Part shown: in pieces, positions 36,867 through 43,767 of the stretch
Layout: each line of letters opens with the position of its first letter
Numbering within the stretch: the first letter of the stretch is position 1
The notes under the pieces: model-generated
Database searches by the model: none
Seen by the model: the letters and a program-made list of their open reading frames with translations, nothing else
What the model was told of the DNA's origin: nothing
From: Bacteroidales bacterium
Lineage (GTDB): Bacteria > Bacteroidota > Bacteroidia > Bacteroidales > UBA932
DNA: 43,767 nt
NCBI GenBank assembly: GCA_021443515.1
Contig: JABUTT010000067.1
Location: 1 to 43,767, forward strand
Direction: 5' to 3'
Position numbers and translations under genes: made by a program

Positions 36867-37444
36867 AGAGCCTCAAGCCACGAAACAAAACAACGGAAAT
36901 CGGTGTGAGAATGTGAAAATTCCATAAATGACTGGAGATTCTCGGCACCTTTTCCCATAGTATCAGAAATGTACTTCAAAACAGCAACGGGAGTATTGTG
37001 TTTCTGCGCAATCTGACAGATGGCACATCCTTCCATATCGAACATAACATTGTGGCCATATTTCGCAAACAGAGCCTCTGCTTTGTCGCCGGTCATAAAT
37101 GCATCTCCTGAAAGGAGAAGACAGTCATCCTTGCCTATAAGTTTAAACTCCTGAGTCAGCTCGGGAACAATCTCGGCAGGACAGTCTGCATCGTGGTAGC
37201 GTGCGGCCGACGGGCAAAGAAAGTCTCCCTGATGGTAGGAAGAACTTGCCCCCGCATAACCCACGAGAACCACAAGGTCATATTTTTCCTTGGAGAGTTC
37301 AACCGCAGTGCATGCTGCAGCAAATGCCTTGCCCACATCGCAAGTCACAGCCTTGTAAGAATGTTTGAGCTTATCAAAGGTGGAAAGGGCCGCGTTAAAA
37401 TTAACAAGTTCCCTCTCCATTGGCGCTATTACAAGTATTTTCAT
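36863..37444 (-). CDS. Short nucleosidase of the MTA/SAH nucleosidase / PNP_UDP_1 superfamily
   Basis: APMERE, DVGK, VGYAG, HDAD, SGDAF, DMEG, KYISD; no signal peptide. Confidence 0.85.
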   Translation of the reverse strand: MKILVIAPMERELVNFNAALSTFDKLKHSYKAVTCDVGKAFAAACTAVELSKEKYDLVVLVGYAGASSSYHQGDFLCPSAARYHDADCPAEIVPELTQEFKLIGKDDCLLLSGDAFMTGDKAEALFAKYGHNVMFDMEGCAICQIAQKHNTPVAVLKYISDTMGKGAENLQSFMEFSHSHTDFRCFVSWLEAL

Positions 37445-37462
37445 AGTAGGTTGTTCTGAAAG

Positions 37463-38569
37463 TTACTGAATCTTGATGTCGTCAATATTGTTCACTACCA
37501 TCTGGATATTGCCCTGATAGAGGCAGAGGATACCCGTAACGGATATCTTCTTCGTGCCTGCAAGGACGGCAGGGTCAATCTCAGTATCAGAGAACTTGCA
37601 GAAACCGCTTGTACGAATCTGAACGCACTTGCCTGAAGGAGTGTGGAAGTATTGACTCACAGAGCCTGCGGCCTTTTCAATTGTAGGATAGGTTCCATCT
37701 CCCTTGCGGTCGCCCACTGTACCATAGTTGTAATCCTTGGCATTGCCGATATAGACATTATCCCAAATACCCGAATAAAGATACTCGGTCATCTTTGCCT
37801 TGGACATAGCCCAAGTGGTGATACCTGTGCCTGAACCCGAAATGAAAATACGGTTTGAAGAAGCCTTCTTGTCTTTGTTTGAATCAAGATAAAGAAGAAC
37901 AAAGGCTTCATTATGGTCACCGTACTTAGGGTCATCCCAGCCGTAAGTAAGATCGGTTATTGTTACGAGGCGTCCTACATTCTTATTGGTCTTCTGGGTG
38001 TCGGATGAGCCGGGAAGTTCAGATTCTTTAAGGACAACAGGGGTAACAGGGTTTCCTTTTTCTCCTGTAAACACATGGGTATTGATTATGATTGGAGACT
38101 CAAGATATGATGTCTCATAACTGCCTGAAGGGTCTGAGAAACCAATTTGAATCATACCGTTGCCGTTTGAACCCAAACCATATTGTCCGACACTGAGGTC
38201 TTGACAGAGGACATAAAGTTTCTGGCCCGGAAGATAATCGTTATAGAGGGCGTTCTTACCTATCTTGACCTCAATACCGCCGGTCTCATCTTGAATATAA
38301 AGACTCTTGTAGAAGTTGCCAGGCTGGTCTGTTGTCGAAACCACACCGCTCACTACAATATAATCCTTAACCCTATAATATTCCGATGCTTTGAAAGTAC
38401 CGTTTGTGTACATTTGAGCAACATCTGCAATAGTGTGAGTCGCTGTCATCTCTACCGGCTTGGCAGGAGACGGATTCTCGTAATCAACCGTGAATACCGG
38501 CTGGAATTCCTCGCAGGAAACAAAAAGGGTAATGGCTGCAAGAGCCGCAAAAATTTTATTTGTTTTCAT
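37463..38569 (-). CDS. DUF5689-like OB-fold surface lipoprotein
   Basis: Lipobox FVSC followed by acidic EE; ATHTIA, SGVVSTTDQPGNFYKSLYIQDETGGI, RTSGFCKFS, VTGILCLY. Confidence 0.8.
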   Translation of the reverse strand: MKTNKIFAALAAITLFVSCEEFQPVFTVDYENPSPAKPVEMTATHTIADVAQMYTNGTFKASEYYRVKDYIVVSGVVSTTDQPGNFYKSLYIQDETGGIEVKIGKNALYNDYLPGQKLYVLCQDLSVGQYGLGSNGNGMIQIGFSDPSGSYETSYLESPIIINTHVFTGEKGNPVTPVVLKESELPGSSDTQKTNKNVGRLVTITDLTYGWDDPKYGDHNEAFVLLYLDSNKDKKASSNRIFISGSGTGITTWAMSKAKMTEYLYSGIWDNVYIGNAKDYNYGTVGDRKGDGTYPTIEKAAGSVSQYFHTPSGKCVQIRTSGFCKFSDTEIDPAVLAGTKKISVTGILCLYQGNIQMVVNNIDDIKIQ

Positions 38570-38573
38570 ACGC

Positions 38574-41519
38574 TTAGAATCTGAAATAGATGTTCAACAT
38601 ATAGTTAATGCCCTGCATATAGAAATACTTAGGGTCGAAACGATAATAACGGTCCTTGCCCTGAGAAGAGATGAGACGAGTCTGTTCGTAGCCTCCTGTC
38701 TTGACATTCTTGTTGTTGAGGAGGTTCTTTCCTTCGAGAGAGAAACCGATATTATACTTGCGGTTGATATACCAACTCTTGCCCACGCTGAGATTGAGGA
38801 GGAAGGCAGGATCAAATTTTTCCTGACTTGTCATATAGATAATTTCGGCAGGAGTTTCAACGCCGTCGCCACCTCCACAAGCAAAGTGTGTACGATAGAG
38901 AGGGTTCATATCGAGATAAGAGTTTGTAAAGAACTGTCCGTTAAGTTCGAAGAACCAGTATGAAGAAGTTCTGTAGTTGAGAGCGAGGGCGGTTGCAAGT
39001 TGAGGAGTTGAAGGCACATAGTGCTTCTGATAACCCTGAATGATAGGATTTCCTTCTGCATCTTCATCATAAACAGGAACGCCGTCAACATAGCCTGCAA
39101 TCTTGAAAATAGGGTGTTTAGACCAGTAAGGCACATCTTCGTTACGAATGATTGAAGAGTTGTTGTCCACGGTCTGCACCATGTGAGGAGTGCTTGTGTA
39201 GATGTACTCGCCGAAACTTACAACTGCGCTGAGGCTAAGTCCCTGCACTCCGAGAGGAACCTTCACACCTGCTTCAAGACCGAGGTGACGCTGGTCGATT
39301 CCTGTCATCGCAAAGTTGGTGAAAGACTGCTGTGAATCATCGTAGAAACTCATCACATCGGTCTGATTGTAAATCTTCGTGAAGAAACCTGTGAGGCGAA
39401 CGCTGAAGCCGTTGTTGTTGTACTGGTAGTTGACGTCGGCGGACACCGTCTTCTTGTCCTTGAGACCTGCAACGAGAGAGTTTCTTGTGCGGGCAGAAAT
39501 AAAGGACTGATTGAATGTAGGGGCATCGGCAAAGAAACCTGCATTGGCGCTGATACGGTGACCTCCGATGAAGTCGTATGCGATACCTACCTTTGCAGAA
39601 CCTACAAGGAAGGTGCTTGTTGCCGATTTACCCTTTGAAGATATCACATTGCCCTCAGCATCGTATGTAGTGAGGACTTTGCCTTGGTATATAATCTCCT
39701 TACCTTCGTCATCGAGACCTGCAAAGAGACCCTTTCTCACAAGACCTTCCCTCCAGAATGCATCCACTCCGATAGAGCCGGCAGCGTATGCAGTGAGGAA
39801 ATTCTTCTTATAAGTGAGGTTGAACCAAGCCTTTCCGCGACGAATCTGAGCATAATAGTCATAACCATATTTGCCGTTCTTTGTGATCTTCTCGGCAGAA
39901 CCGTTCTTGAGGAAGTAGTCGAGATCATTCTGGATAAGCGCTTCGTTGGAAGCAAAATCACGCTCGGCAAACGAGTCTATATTAAGATAGTATGTACCTC
40001 CGAGAAGGTCATTCATAATTTTGTAGTTCTCGGTGCGGTTGATGCGGCCGTTGAGACCGGCGTTGAGTGTGAGATAATCGAGTGGAGACCACTTGACATT
40101 AAGAGCTATGTTCAAGTCGTTCTGGTCAACGCGACGCTCTTCAAGAGCATATTTGCTTCGGCCGTCAGGATTGTTGTAGTTGACATTGTAGAGGCGATCC
40201 CAGTTGAGGTGCTGGTAGTTGTTGTATTCCTTGCCCCTGTGAGTCCAGGCATATTGCGACCACGCAGCCTTTTCCTCATTTGTCCTGTTGTAGTCCTCGT
40301 CCTCGATGTAGGCGTAAGAAGGCAGGTTGCGGTAGTAATCAGGTCTTGGGTCTGAAGCGTCATACCAATCAAGCGCAGTATAACCATTGTAACCTGTTCT
40401 GTAAAGAACTGTAGCCTCTGCCTTCAAAGCCGAAGAAGGATTGAAAGCATATTTAAGGATGATGACCGGCTCACAGGTGATACGCACCCTCGAGTTACGC
40501 ACCTTGCCATTCTGGTAACCCCAGTTGGAGTTGTACATATTGTCGCCCATAAGGTTATAAACCTCCTGAGTGGAAGCATTCTGCGCACCTCTCTGTCCCG
40601 GAGTGGCAAATGCCACAATCGAAAATCTGTGAGCATCGGCGAACTTCTTGCTCAAACCTGCATAGAAGGCAAAAGACCTGTAGTAAACACCCTTTACCCA
40701 ATCATTTCCACCAAGGCGGGCGGAAACATTAAATGCGAAAGACCATCCGTTGTCGAGTTGGCCTGATGCATAGTTTGCCATAAGGCGAAGACGGTAGAGG
40801 GCAGAGTTTGTCAAAGCGGAGAATCTCCAGCCCGGACGCACATTCTCAGGCATGGCGTTGATGTTGGTCACACCATTGAAACCGCCTACTCCCACATCCG
40901 AAGTACTCAGACCGAGGGTGGTGTCCTTAGACCTCATAGCCTCGTTAAGACCGCTCCAGAGAGAGAAAGGAGAATAACCTGTGATTGCGTCGTTGATTGG
41001 AACGCCTGCAAGATAAACATCCTGACTTTCTGAATCGTATCCACGGTTTTTGAACCTTATTGCACTGAAACCATAGCCGGCAACGCTTGTAAAGACGTCA
41101 TTGCTACCGAAAAGGATAGTAGGAGCGTCAGTATAACCGCTGTCATCAAGGTCAAACTCTGCAAAGTTCGAGTCATCGAGGTCGTTGTTGCTTTGTTGAG
41201 GAGTAAGGGTTACGAACATAAGGTTTCTTACATTTCCCTTCTCAATCAACACGTTGATCTGAATAGGAGTGTATTCCTCTGCATCCACAGAAAGAGAATA
41301 CGGGCCGTCCGGAAGATCCTTGAAATAGAATGAACCGTCCTCGGCTGTGATTGCCGTTGTGAGAGTAATTCCATCCTTCTGAAGTGCAACTTTTGCATTA
41401 GAAACAGGAACCTTGTCACCACGAGACACCACAGAGGCCTTGATTCCTCCTGTAGGAGACTGCGCCCAAGCCATAAAGGACAATGCAAGCGCCAAAATCA
41501 TTGAAATAGTCTTTTTCAT
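38574..41519 (-). CDS. TonB-dependent receptor (non-SusC type)
   Basis: Signal peptide; carboxypeptidase-regulatory-like N-domain; plug RFKNRGYDS...WSGLN; YNSNWGYQNGK; C-terminal YFRF. Confidence 0.88.
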   Translation of the reverse strand: MKKTISMILALALSFMAWAQSPTGGIKASVVSRGDKVPVSNAKVALQKDGITLTTAITAEDGSFYFKDLPDGPYSLSVDAEEYTPIQINVLIEKGNVRNLMFVTLTPQQSNNDLDDSNFAEFDLDDSGYTDAPTILFGSNDVFTSVAGYGFSAIRFKNRGYDSESQDVYLAGVPINDAITGYSPFSLWSGLNEAMRSKDTTLGLSTSDVGVGGFNGVTNINAMPENVRPGWRFSALTNSALYRLRLMANYASGQLDNGWSFAFNVSARLGGNDWVKGVYYRSFAFYAGLSKKFADAHRFSIVAFATPGQRGAQNASTQEVYNLMGDNMYNSNWGYQNGKVRNSRVRITCEPVIILKYAFNPSSALKAEATVLYRTGYNGYTALDWYDASDPRPDYYRNLPSYAYIEDEDYNRTNEEKAAWSQYAWTHRGKEYNNYQHLNWDRLYNVNYNNPDGRSKYALEERRVDQNDLNIALNVKWSPLDYLTLNAGLNGRINRTENYKIMNDLLGGTYYLNIDSFAERDFASNEALIQNDLDYFLKNGSAEKITKNGKYGYDYYAQIRRGKAWFNLTYKKNFLTAYAAGSIGVDAFWREGLVRKGLFAGLDDEGKEIIYQGKVLTTYDAEGNVISSKGKSATSTFLVGSAKVGIAYDFIGGHRISANAGFFADAPTFNQSFISARTRNSLVAGLKDKKTVSADVNYQYNNNGFSVRLTGFFTKIYNQTDVMSFYDDSQQSFTNFAMTGIDQRHLGLEAGVKVPLGVQGLSLSAVVSFGEYIYTSTPHMVQTVDNNSSIIRNEDVPYWSKHPIFKIAGYVDGVPVYDEDAEGNPIIQGYQKHYVPSTPQLATALALNYRTSSYWFFELNGQFFTNSYLDMNPLYRTHFACGGGDGVETPAEIIYMTSQEKFDPAFLLNLSVGKSWYINRKYNIGFSLEGKNLLNNKNVKTGGYEQTRLISSQGKDRYYRFDPKYFYMQGINYMLNIYFRF

Positions 41520-42592
41520 TATTTGCCTATTACGATGTAAGTTGGATAATGGTCAGAATAACCGCCGATGAAAGAGCCGTTGGAGAAAGTACGGAAAGGA
41601 GTGTCCTTGTACTGTCCGCTCTGGTTGGTCATAAACGGTTTTTTGAATATACGGCCATAATAGCCTTTCTTGTTGATTTTCTGAATACGGAAAGTACCAT
41701 CCTCCGGAGTGGCGAGAGCCTTGTTGCAAAGGATGATGTCATAAATGTTCCAGGTGCCCTGATATGCGAGAGAGCCATAGCCGTCGGCAAGCATCTTGGT
41801 GAATGGAGAGAAGAAATCGCCTTCCTTCACATCTTCAATTTTTGCCTTGCCGTGCATATAGGTAACCATACTCTCATCCGTAGGGTTGTCGTTCATATCT
41901 CCCATGGCAACTATTTTGATTCCCGGGAACTCTTTCTCGAGTTCTGCCGCCCTCTGGTACATGATTTCAGCTCCTCTCGGACGAAGATCCTGGCCTTTTC
42001 CACCAATTCTTGAAGGGAGGTGGGCAACGAAGAAGGCAAACATCTGACCCTCGATAGTACCGCGAACCATAAGGATGTCACGGGTCTTGAAGCGACTCTT
42101 TTCCTCGTCTGTCCAAGCAGAAAAATCTATCGAAGAAGGCTCGAAAGTGAAAGGGATGGACTCGCTTGCAAGAAGTTTGAACTGACTTGGACGATAGAGA
42201 AGAGCCACATCCACGCCACGACTGTCAGGACCGTCATAATGAACAATCTGATAGTTGGCTGCGGCTATTTCAGGCTGGCTTACAAGGTCTTCTATCACGA
42301 GGCGGTTCTCAATCTCTGATATACCGAGAATCGTGTGAAAAACCTTGTTGTCATTCTTCATCTCCGCAATGACGTGAGCCATGTTTGCCTGCTTCTTGTC
42401 GTACTTTGCCTGTGTCCACTGGTTCTTGCCCTCAGGAAGGAATTCGTAGTCATTCTTTCCTTCTTCGTGGTAGATGTCGAAAAGGTTTTCAAGATTGTAG
42501 AAGCCTATCACATACTTCTGCTGCTTCTGGGCAAGGCAATTAATGCTCACAAAAAGCATTACCGCTGTAATCTGGAATAGTTTTTTCATCAT
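41519..42592 (-). CDS. Endonuclease/exonuclease/phosphatase (EEP) family secreted protein
   Basis: FYNLENLFD, GISEIEN, DSRGVDVALLY, HLPSR, MGDMND, GYSDHYP; signal peptide; start at MMKKLF. Confidence 0.92.
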   Translation of the reverse strand: MMKKLFQITAVMLFVSINCLAQKQQKYVIGFYNLENLFDIYHEEGKNDYEFLPEGKNQWTQAKYDKKQANMAHVIAEMKNDNKVFHTILGISEIENRLVIEDLVSQPEIAAANYQIVHYDGPDSRGVDVALLYRPSQFKLLASESIPFTFEPSSIDFSAWTDEEKSRFKTRDILMVRGTIEGQMFAFFVAHLPSRIGGKGQDLRPRGAEIMYQRAAELEKEFPGIKIVAMGDMNDNPTDESMVTYMHGKAKIEDVKEGDFFSPFTKMLADGYGSLAYQGTWNIYDIILCNKALATPEDGTFRIQKINKKGYYGRIFKKPFMTNQSGQYKDTPFRTFSNGSFIGGYSDHYPTYIVIGK

Positions 42593-42597
42593 TATTC

Positions 42598-43752
42598 TTA
42601 GTTTTTCGTCCACCAGGCATCTATCTTGGACTCAACCTGTGCGGATAAAGTTTCTCCAATTTTGTCGGACAGATTCACGAAGAAATCCATTCCGAGTTTA
42701 CTCTCAAGTTCATCTATCGTCATATACTGATCGGACATCGTACTTGAGTAATTGTAATGGTCGTAATAAATGCCGAGGGCGATATAACCTCCGGTAGTGT
42801 TTCCCACCGTACCCGGCTTGTAACCGAGAAGAGCCTTGAAGTAGCCCACAGGAACGGTCACGGCCTTATTATTGTTGTCGTAAGCATAAGACTTTGAACC
42901 CTTGATGTTAGCTCCCGTAACCACATAAAGCGTATCCAATGAACCTGCCCAGGTACGGACCTTGCTTTCAAGGGAGGCCCACTCATTCTGATTCAGGGCA
43001 GCCTTCTGCGGAGTCATATTGGTAAAATAGAACGTCTGCTCATTCGCTCCGCTTGCAAGGCGATCTGCCGAAGGAAGCTGGTGGCCTCGGTCATATCCTC
43101 CTCTATATGCAGATGATAAGCACTGTTGCCTGTCTCTTGGCAACTTAGGGTCATAACCCCAGGCATCCGTACGACTTCCATTACCTATAAGTCCCTTATT
43201 CAGCGGATAGGCAACCCAAACGGAAATAAGGGCATCGGGGTCATAGTAGAAAGAATAGTTACGGACCGTCTTTGAACCAAGATTCATATCGTGGAAGAAG
43301 AAATATCTTCCGTCATTATCCGGCATCGCAGGCAGTTCGAGCCATTTTCTCGGCTCGTCTGGAATGAGTTCCGAGATAATCGGAACCCTTGCACTCTGAG
43401 TAAATACCGCTTCGGTCTTCTTGGCTCCGGAAGTCAGAGTTATTATGCAGATCCTGGTATTTTCTCCACCATTTGCCTGCCATGTCATAACGACGGCGGC
43501 AGACTTGTCTCCCGAAGACTTATCTATCGTGAGCCAAGGTTGCACTCCTTCCCCAAAATCGAGATCAAGCGACCATTCTCCTGATGCCTTAACGGTTAAA
43601 AACTGGCTGCCGGAAATATAGGTTGCAGTAGGAGAAGGAAGGCTCAGTTCAAATTCCTCTTCAGGGATGACAGGAGCGGGCTTAGTGCAGGAAAGCGCTG
43701 TGAGGACAGCCATCCCCACAGCGATAATCCCAACTAAGTGTCTTGATTGCAT
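42598..43752 (-). CDS. DNA/RNA non-specific endonuclease (NucA/EndoG-type) lipoprotein with BACON domain
   Basis: Lipobox ALSC; BACON-like VKASGEW...PWL...R segment; WVAYPL, YDRGHQLPSAD, TFYFTNMTPQ, LNQNEWASLE active-site motifs intact. Confidence 0.93.
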   Translation of the reverse strand: MQSRHLVGIIAVGMAVLTALSCTKPAPVIPEEEFELSLPSPTATYISGSQFLTVKASGEWSLDLDFGEGVQPWLTIDKSSGDKSAAVVMTWQANGGENTRICIITLTSGAKKTEAVFTQSARVPIISELIPDEPRKWLELPAMPDNDGRYFFFHDMNLGSKTVRNYSFYYDPDALISVWVAYPLNKGLIGNGSRTDAWGYDPKLPRDRQQCLSSAYRGGYDRGHQLPSADRLASGANEQTFYFTNMTPQKAALNQNEWASLESKVRTWAGSLDTLYVVTGANIKGSKSYAYDNNNKAVTVPVGYFKALLGYKPGTVGNTTGGYIALGIYYDHYNYSSTMSDQYMTIDELESKLGMDFFVNLSDKIGETLSAQVESKIDAWWTKN

Positions 43753-43767
43753 TATTCAGCCTTGGTG
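43752..43767 (-). CDS. Probable 3' end of an upstream gene (...TKAE*)
   Basis: Minus strand ACC AAG GCT GAA TAATG: the stop overlaps the nuclease ATG; only 16 nt visible. Confidence 0.35.

Noticed and set aside
35910-43767. Nuclease operon as a tRNA-integrated genomic island or an anti-phage defence system
   Set aside because: No mobility genes or obvious compositional shift; both nucleases carry export signals and sit with a TBDT, which fits nutrient uptake better than cytoplasmic defence

Overview
Chromosomal segment of a Bacteroidota (Bacteroidales-type) genome, judged from TAnnTTTG promoters, A-rich non-SD starts, a long SecA and the long EF-Ts. No integrase, transposase, phage gene or CRISPR array is visible. 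The left third is housekeeping: rplM-rpsI-rpsB-tsf, an orphan reverse sdhC/frdC, pyrH-frr, the pdxA-rnhA-GT2-secA-bactofilin operon, and recG plus an S9 peptidase. The middle is an ~11 kb minus-strand envelope run (membrane LytTR regulator, M3 peptidase, lipoprotein, RND pump, TlpA, SGNH esterase). It diverges from an apparently catalytically dead SGNH gene whose promoter carries four phased direct repeats. The right part is the most interesting: two SusD-less TonB-dependent receptor loci paired with OB-fold lipoproteins. One of them (35988-43752) is a tightly coupled operon: nuclease lipoprotein, EEP nuclease, TBDT, DUF5689-like lipoprotein, nucleosidase and DMT transporter. It reads as a complete PUL-like nucleic-acid utilisation system. 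tRNA-Gly(GCC) and tRNA-Ser(GCT) lie between the two loci. All family calls come from motif recognition by eye; no searches were run.
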